From: an uncultured bacterium
GTDB taxonomy: Bacteria; Muiribacteriota; CAYSPT01
Length of the DNA stretch: 64,000 bases
Reading direction: 5' to 3'
NCBI GenBank assembly: GCA_964432985.1
Contig: CAYSPT010000011.1
Coordinates: forward strand, 21,257 to 85,256
The notes beneath the pieces were generated by a model. It was not told where the DNA came from and did not search any database. It saw only the letters and a program-made list of their open reading frames with translations. Shown piece by piece: positions 16,749 to 25,700 of this stretch; positions within the stretch are counted from its first letter, which is position 1, and the number at the start of each line of letters is the position of its first letter. The translations under genes and the position numbers were made by a program.

Positions 16749-16767
16749 TTGTAAATGTTATTTACAA
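16749..16767. promoter_or_regulatory. perfect 8+3+8 palindrome ttgtaaat-gtt-atttacaa between the giant gene stop and the ATPase start
   Basis: Read directly. It lies 29-47 nt upstream of the ATPase start codon on the minus strand. Function unknown (operator or weak hairpin). Confidence 0.35.
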
Positions 16768-16780
16768 AATGACATATATT

Positions 16781-19700
16781 CTACTTCGTCTCAAGCGCCT
16801 CCAGGCGTGACATGATCTCGGTGTTCTGCGCCTCCAGTGCTTCGATACGCTTATCCCTGGCGGCCAGCTCGGATTCTTTTTCCATCCTCAGAGACTCGAT
16901 CTCGTCGTCCTTCTGCGCTTTGAGCTCCTTGATGGCGTTTATCAGCACGAAGGTAAATGGGCTTGAATCGAAGCTGTAAAACTCGGTTTTTTCAGCATCT
17001 TCAGGTTCTAATTTGGCCATAAATGTAGAAATCGTATACGGGGCAATATTGATCACATCCTGCGCAACAACCCCTATTCCCTCAGCTCCCCGGGGCCGGG
17101 CCGCTTTTCCATTCAAGCGATAGCTGACCGGATTTATTTGCACGACAGTATCCAGGCCGTCAGTAAAGGGTTGTATGTCTTCCTTGAGTCGTTCATCCGA
17201 GACGATTGTCCACGTATTGCTCGTCGGTTTGGCGGCTGAATCGGTGGACAACTCGAGCTGGTAACTCGGGTTGGTGGTGCCGATACCGACATTGCCGCCG
17301 TTCAGACTCATGACGTGCTTGGTTCCAACATCTCCCGATGCATCCGTACCTTGATCCCACACAAAGAAATCGATTGAATTCTCATTGTCTGCACTACTAC
17401 GGTGGCGAGATTTAATAGCGTGTGTGTAACTGGAAGCTATTGATAATAGTATCTGGTTAATGTCATTATTGAAACTTACACCATCGCCAGACCTGAGTCG
17501 TAAAGCATCCTCAAGCCCATCCGGATCAATATCAACCCTGGCCCCCGGCGCGGTGGTGCCGATGCCGACCTTGCCGGCTGAGTTAATCTGCATTCTTTCC
17601 GTGAACGTGTCCGACGTCGAGTTCCAGTGACCGATCTGGATAGCCTCGCCATCCTCAGTGACAATATCCCCTTCTGTCGCATTTGCCCCGGTAATGTAAA
17701 TGCCAGGTTCTCCGCTGGGATCATAAACGCTCAGCAAACCTTCAGGAGTAGTCGTGCCGATACCGACCCTGCCGCTGCTTTCCATGAGAGTCAAGTACCC
17801 GTTCACCGGATCGATCCGCAGGCGCGTAGTCGTATCGTAGATGCCGAACTCGTCATCCGAGTCGCGGGCCCACAATTTCCACTCCTTGGTCCCACTCAAC
17901 AGAGAGAGTTGGGACTCGTTGGCGTCATCCGTCTCGATGCGGTGGATAACATCCTCCCCGGTTCCCCTAACATGCAGCTTGGTGGCAGGGGTGGCACCGA
18001 TACCGACGTATCCGTTGTTGTCTATCGTCATTCTTGTAAGGGGCGAGGTAGCGCCATTCGCGGTCGTCCCAAACTTCAGCTTGCCGCCGCCAGCTGTGCC
18101 AGTCCAATTTTCAGCTGCTTGAGCCCAGATATAGGCAGCGGCTCTATGACTTGATCCCGAATGGCCGTAATAATAGAGTGTTCCAAGTATGTCATTTGAC
18201 TGCACCGCCGCCGGGGATGCAGCGGTCCCCCGGGCAAACCTGAAATAAATTTCCGGATCGGCGTTGGCATGATCATAATAACTTTCAATGTATATCCCCT
18301 GGTCAAGGCCATCTTTAAACAAGTGAAGGGATTTCGCAGGCGCCGTGGTGCCGATACCGACCTTGCCGGCGTTGGTGATGCGCATACGCTCGGCGTTCTC
18401 GGTGGTGAAGGCGATGGTGCCGTCGGTGGTGGCGTCGGTGACCTCCACCTTGCTGTCGTCGGCGCTGATGCTGGAACCGGCGGGCAGGTTAGTCAGGGCG
18501 GAGCCGTTGCCCGCGAATGCGGTGGCCGTGACGGTGCCGTTGACATCGAGCTTGGACGATGGGCTGGTAGAGCCGATGCCGACGTTGCCGGAGCTGTCGA
18601 TATACAGATGCTCGGTACCGGCGGTACCGAGAGCCATGAGGTCCGTGGAATGCTTGTAGGTTATCCGTCCCCGGTAGGCTGCGTCCCCAGATGTCCCGTC
18701 GGCAAAAGCAATGGCACCTTCGTCAACCGTTCTCCCCGCGATGGTAATCCCGCTGGGTCCCTCTTCATGAATAACTAGATTATTAAAAGAAGCACTATAA
18801 TCCTTCGGGTTGGTGGTGCCGATGCCGACGTTGCCGTCGTTTAGGATGACCATCTTCTCGCTGCCAGCAGTGATGAACTGAATCTCGCCGCCGCTGGTGG
18901 AGTCGCTGTCAGCGGTGATGAGCATGTCAGCGGTGTTGGATATAGAGGATGCCGCTCCAACGCCGGCATCGAGTTGGACGATGGACATAGTGGGTTTTGT
19001 ATCTATTCCAGTATGAGTGTTAACTGCAGCACCTTCGACGTGATAAATCCTCATTTCAATAAAATCGCCTGCCTGTAAATCCAAGACTTCAACAAGATCA
19101 TTTCCAAGAGCTTGATTTGTATATGAACTTGTTTCGATTACTTTTTTAATTCTTACTCCATTGTAAAAAAAAGCTAATTGCATCTGCTCCCCACCATCAT
19201 TATTGATATGGTAATAATATCCAATAACCATATACTTTCCTGACTTCTGAATAAGAAAACGGTTGTTTGATTCATCAGCAATTCCCCCAATGTCAAATTC
19301 CACATTATCAAAAGCGATTGTCGTGTATACTCCGTTGGGTAGACTCTGTGCTGCATCTCGCACCATCTTCGCCATGTGAGCCGTGCTGCCGGCGGTGGCG
19401 GCCATCTCTTCCCAACCGGTGTTGGTGCCGTCACCGGAGGCCTTGCGGTAGACCTTACCGCTGGCGTGATCGGCGTAGATAGAGCCGAGCTGCGCGATGA
19501 CCACTCCTTCGGGCGCGCCGGAACCGGTGTAGATGCCCATGGAGTCGGTGTTGGTAGTGTCGGTCAGGCTGATGAATTCGGTGTCCTCGGCGCCCGCCAC
19601 TGTGAGCGTGCCGTCGGGTGTATCGGTGCCGATAGCGACCTTGCCGGCGGTGGTGTAGACGTCACCGGTACCCGTCCAGGAATCGTTGGTGGTGTCCGCA

Positions 19701-22700
19701 GCGCCGGCGGTAATGCCGTCGAGTTTGGTGCCGTCTGCGGCGATGTCCCGTCCATCCACGGTCCCGGAAACAGCGATATTGCCGGCCACGTCCAGGACTT
19801 CAACCGGCGTGGCCGATCCGATGCCGATCTTACCGTCGTTGAGGATGACCATACGTTCGCTACTGCCGGTGATGAACTGAATCTCGCCGCCGTCGGCGCT
19901 GTCGCTGTCGGCGGTGATGAGCAAGTCTTCTGCATTGGACATGGCGGTGGCATCCCCGCCTCCCGCGGCGTCGAGTTGGATGATGGACATTCTGGGTTTA
20001 AATTGTGCTGCAGTAGAGGTAGATAATCCTGATCCCGTACCAGCCTTAATATAAAATTCAATGTAATCTCCTTCAACAAGATCAAAAACTTCCGTTATAG
20101 GACCAGGTACTTCACAACCAGCTAATTTGTAATAATGACGGTAAAGCATCTGTGACGTACCGTTTTTATATATCAGGGAATCAATATGTCCAGACGGCAT
20201 ATTTTCACCCGTCCAGAAAGCTGAAACAATGTACTTTCCCGCTTTCTGGATAATGAAACGGTTATTTGTCACATCCGCCATTCCTCCTACATCAAACTCA
20301 ACATTATCAAAATCAACAGCTGTAATCTCAAGTTCAGTTAGACTCTGGGCAGCATCCCGCCTCATCTTCGCCATGTGAGCCGTACTGCCGGCGGTGGCGG
20401 CCATTTCCTCCCAGCCGGTGTTGGTGCCGTCGCCGGAGGCCTTGCGATAGACCTTGCCGCTGGCGTGATCGGCGTAGATAGAGCCGAGCTGCGCGATGAC
20501 CACTCCTTCGGGCGCGCCGGAACCGGTGTAGATGCCCATGGAGTCGGTGTTGGTTGAATCCTCCAGGCGGATGAGTTCGGTATCCTCAGCATCGGTGACA
20601 GTGAGCCTAGCGCCGGGACTTGAGGTACCTACGCCGACCTTGCCGGATGTGGTATAGACGTCATCGGTCCCCGTCCAAGAATCGTTGGTGGTGTCGGCGG
20701 CGCCAGCAGCAATGCCATCGAGTTTGGTGCCGTCTGCGGCGACGTCCCGTCCGTCGACCGTACCGGTAACCGCGATGTTGCCTACCACGTCAAGGATCTC
20801 TGCCGGGGTATCCGAACCTATCCCCACCTGGCCGTCATTGAGGATGACCATCTTCTCGCTGCCGGCGGTGACGAACTGGATCTCACCCCCGTCGGTGGAG
20901 TCGCTGTCGGCGGTGACGAGCATGTCGGCGGTATTGGATATGGAGGACGCCGCTCCTACGCCTGCATCGAGTTGGACGACAGACATGCGCGGCTTATAAT
21001 ATTCACCTGTATGTGTATTCATTGCAGTTCCCTTACTGTGTTTTACAGCAAACTGAAGATAATCATTTTCCACTAGATCTAAAACATCAGTAATAATTGC
21101 AGAAGAATACGCTGATCCAGCATGAATGTGCGTAAACGCAACTGAAGATCCATTTTTTTGAATTCGTGCTTCCATGGACGATCCAGCAGTGGCGGTACTG
21201 CTTGACCAAAACCCTGTTACCACATATTTTCCTGTTTTCTGGATGACAAACCGATCATTTGTTTCATCTGCCATCCCTCCAACATCAAATTCAACTGTAT
21301 CAAATTCAATATCTGTAATCGTAGTATTCGGAATACTTTGTGCTGTCTCCCTGGTCATCTTAGCCATGTGGGCGGTGCTGCCGGCGGTGGCGGCCATCTC
21401 TTCCCAGCCGGTATTGGTGCCGTCCCCGGAAGCCTTGCGGTAGACCTTGCCGCTGGCGTGATCGGCGTAGATGGATCCGAGTTGCGCGGTGACTGCCCCT
21501 TCGGGAGCGCCCGAGCCGGTGTAGATACCCATAGAGTCGGTGTTGGTGGTGTCGTTCAGGCTGATGAACTCGGTGTCTTCTTCGCCCGCTACCGTAAGCG
21601 TGCCGTCGGGAGTGTCGGTGCCGATGGAGACCTTGCCGGCGTCGAAATAGGCGTCTGTGTCGGTCTGCGTCCACAGTCCTCCGCCTCCGGCGTCAAGCTG
21701 GACGATGGACATTCTAGGTTGGTTTTCTTCGTTTGTATGAGTCGATATAGCACTGCCTTCGGTATGTCTCACAACCATTGTCACATTATCGCCAGCTTGC
21801 AAGTCAACAACATCAGTAATAAAAGGACTTGCGCCAGAATTTGCTGCTGGACTCATTCTCGATGAATGTAGTTTTGATACACCATTGATATAAATGTCGC
21901 AAACAACTTTTTCTCCGTCATCAATAACAGCAGCTGTTACCCATGATGCAGAAATCAAATACTTACCAGATTTCTGGATAGTGAAACGATTGTTTGTTTC
22001 ATAAGCCACTCCTCCCACATCAAACACTACCGTGTCAAAATCGATAGTTGTATAGGTTGCATGTGGGATACTCTGAGCCGCGGCTCTCGTCATCTTCGCC
22101 ATGTGAGCGGTGCTGCCGGCGGTGGCGGCCATCTCCTCCCAGCCGGTGTTGGTACCGTCGCCGGAAGCCTTGCGGTAGACCTTCCCGCTGGCGTGATCGG
22201 CGTAGATGGACCCGAGCTGTGCGGTGACTACCCCTTCGGGAGCACCGGAGCCGGTGTAGATGCCCATGGAGTCGGTGTTGGTTGAATCCTCCAGGCGGAT
22301 GAGTTCGGTATCCTCGGCATCGGTGACGGTGAGTTTTGCACCGGGACTGGATGTGCCGACACCAACTTTGCCGGACGTGGTGTAGACGTCATCAGTACCG
22401 GTCCAGGAGTCGTCGGTGGTGTCGGCGGCGTCAGCTGCAATACTGTCTAGCTTTGTGCCATCAGCGGCGATGTCTCGTCCGTCAACTGTGCCGGTGACCG
22501 CGATGTTGCCCGTCACATCCAGAATCTCTGCCGGAGTATCCGATCCGATCCCAACCTTGCCATCGTTGAGAATGACCATCTTCTCGCTGCCGGCGGTGAC
22601 GAACTGGATCTCGCCGCCGCTGGCGCTGTCGCTGTCGGCGGTGACGAGCATATCGGCGGTGTTGGATATGGATGATGCCGCGCCTACGCCGGCGTCGAGC

Positions 22701-25700
22701 TGGATGACGGACATAGTGGGGGCATATTGTTGGTTTGATAATATGTTCTCGGTATTAAACGCAGCTCCTTCATTATGCTTTACTTTCATCTTGATAGTAT
22801 CGCCAACTTGGAAATCCAGTATTCTAGTTATTTCCGTATCTACCGTGATATTTGCAGAACGTCCCAGTCCATCGGACGCAGCTATTGCAGCATCATTCAC
22901 AACAAGGTAAATCCTTACGTATTCAGAATCATCCATGACTGCAGGAGTTCTTATACTGGCCGTTATTAAGTATTTTCCAGCTTTCTGAATGGCGAATTGA
23001 TCATTTGTGTCATCACCAATTCCGCCAATATTAAAGTCAACAGTATCAAATGCGATTAATGTTGCTGAGTCGTGAGGGATACTCTGCGCCACGGTTCTGG
23101 TCATCTTTGCCATGTGGGCAGTGTTCCCAGCGGTGGCGGCCATCTCTTCCCAACCGGTGTTGGTGCCGTCACCGGAGGCCTTGCGGTAGACCTGGCCGCT
23201 GGCGTGATCAGCGTAGATGGATCCGAGCTGCGCGGTAACCGCCCCTTCGGGAGCGCCGGAACCGGTGTAGATGCCTATAGAATCTGTGTTGGTTGAATCC
23301 TCAAGACGTAGCAATTCGTTATCCTCTACATCGGTGACGGTGAGCTTCGCGCCGGGTACCGTGGTGCCGATGCCGACGTTACCTGAGGAGATGACCAACT
23401 GATCGGTGCCGGCTACCAGGCCGTTGGCTGGCAGGGTGAGGGTGCCGGTCATGGTGTCGCCGGTAGTGTTCACCCAGCTGTCCGCTGTGGCAGCCATGAA
23501 TTCGTTCACCTCTGCAGTGGCGGCGGAGCCCAGGCCCAGGGTTGCACGCTGGGCGGCGGCGTCCGCGTCGTCGAGAAGTGTCCGGCCGGCGGTAGATAGC
23601 GGCGTTACCGCATAGGTGTCGGTACCGGTGGTGTAGAGCATTTTGTCAGCCGCTGTGGTCAGACCGGATATGGACTCAAGCGCCGCGTGAAACGCCTGCA
23701 CATCGGCGCCGATGGCGTCCGTCATGATCGCACCGGCTTCCGCCACGGTAGTGGGATTAGTAACGTCGGCGCCCGCGGTGATATCGTCCAGCTTGGCGCC
23801 GTCCGCGGACAGGTCGCGCCCGTCGATGGTGCATCCGGCGGCGATCTCCACGGTGGCCCCCAGGTAGACGGTCCCGGCCACCTTCAGCTTGTAGGCACCC
23901 GGATCGGCGGTGCCGATTCCCACGCTGTCCCCGGCGGTGGTGAGAGTGACGATGCCGGTGCCTTCGGTCCAACCGCCGGCGCTGCCCGTGGGTTGAATGT
24001 CCAGGGCTTTCCACTCGCTTCCGGTATAGCCCTCGAAGGTGCCGCCGTTGAACCGGATGGTACCGGCGTTGGTACCGGTGGTGGTCCCCAGGATAAGACC
24101 ACCTTCCACATGCAGCTTGTCTGCCGGGGCCTCGGTGCCGATGCCGACATTGCCGTCCTGAACGCGTAATACTTCTGTCACACCATCATTGAGGGTTATT
24201 GATCCGGTGTCCATGCATGTCAACTTGAGCATATCGTTACCGCCACCATGGGCGATAAATGATTTAACTGCTATACCTTCATAAAAGCGAATATAGGTGT
24301 TGTAGCCGGTGTTGTTCACCAGGCTTAAACCGTCGTTGTTAGAGGTGGTAACCACCGTCAGCCTGGTGGTGGGACCTCCGGTACCAATGCTTACGGAACT
24401 TTCGGTGGTAAGAACGCCGTCACCGACACTCCACGGCGAATAGAGGTTTATCGTCCCTTCGGTAAGGTCGTCGGTGGTTTTTGCGGAAAACGCGGTATCG
24501 AATCCCCCCGAAGTGAAGTACTTGTTGGTGGAACCTTCCGACAGGTTGTCGGTGGTCTTTCCGGACAGGGCCGTTTCGAACCGTGCCTGGGTGTAGTAGA
24601 GATTATCACCTTCCGCAACCGCAGTAGTGGTCAACGTTTCCCAGGTCTTATCACCACGGAAGTACTCGGTAGTGGCCCCGGTGGTGAGAGCCGCTTCCTT
24701 GCCATCCACCGCTGTCTGCAGGCTGTCGATGTCGCCTTGAAGACCATCAAGTTCGCCCTGCAGGTCGGTCTGACTGGAAAGCGTGCCGGTGATGCCGCCC
24801 CAGGCAGTGCCCGCCTGGAAATCGGGGGTCCAGTTCTCCCACCGCGACTTGGAAGCGCTGTATTTCAGTATCTGCCCGTCACCGGGTGAGGTGAGAGCAA
24901 CATCCAATAGATCGCCGGTCTGCTTTCCGCTGAAGGCGGCGTCGAATGCCGTCTGGGTGAAATACTGGTTGGTTGAACCCTTGGTTATATCGTCGGCGGT
25001 CTTCCCGGCCAGGGACGCGTCAAACCGGTCCTGGGTGTAATAGAGGTTGTCACCTTCGGTTACCGCCGAGCTGCTCAACGTCTGCCAGGTCTTGTCGCCC
25101 CGGAAGTACTCTGTGGTGGCGCCGGCAGTGAGAGCCGCTTCCTTACCATCCACCGCCGTCTGCAGGCTGTCTATGTCACCTTGCAAACCATCAAGTTCGC
25201 CCTGCAGGTCTGTCTGGTCGGCCAGGGTGCCGGTGATTCCACCCCAGACCGCATCCGCTGTAAAATCAGGCGTCCAGTTCTCCCACTGTGATGTGGATGA
25301 ATTGTACTTCAACAGTTGTCCATCACCGGGAGTGCTGAGTGTTACATCGGAGAGATCACCGGCCTGCTTTTGACCTAAAGCGGCGTCGAATCCTGACTGG
25401 GTGAAGTACTTATTGTTGGATCCTTCCGTGATATCGTCGGTGGTCTTCCCGGTCAGGGACGCGTCGAACCGCGTCTGGGTGTAATAGAGGCTGTCGCCTT
25501 CCGCAACAGCGGTGGTGGTCAACGTCTGCCAGGTCTTGTCGCCCCGGAAGTACTCGGTGGTGGCCCCGGTGGTGAGAGCCGCTTCTTTGCCTTCCACCGC
25601 TGTCTGCAGACTGTCGATGTCGCTTTGCAGGCTGTCAAGTTCGCCCTGCAGGTCCGTCTGATCGGAAAGCGTACCGGTGATATCGCCCCAGGTGGTGTCA

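Noticed and set aside
24641-25555. RGD tripeptides (YFRGDKTW x3) as integrin-binding motifs
   Set aside because: RGD(G/K)TW is a recurrent structural motif of phage and bacterial fibre repeats. Nothing here suggests a eukaryotic host interaction.
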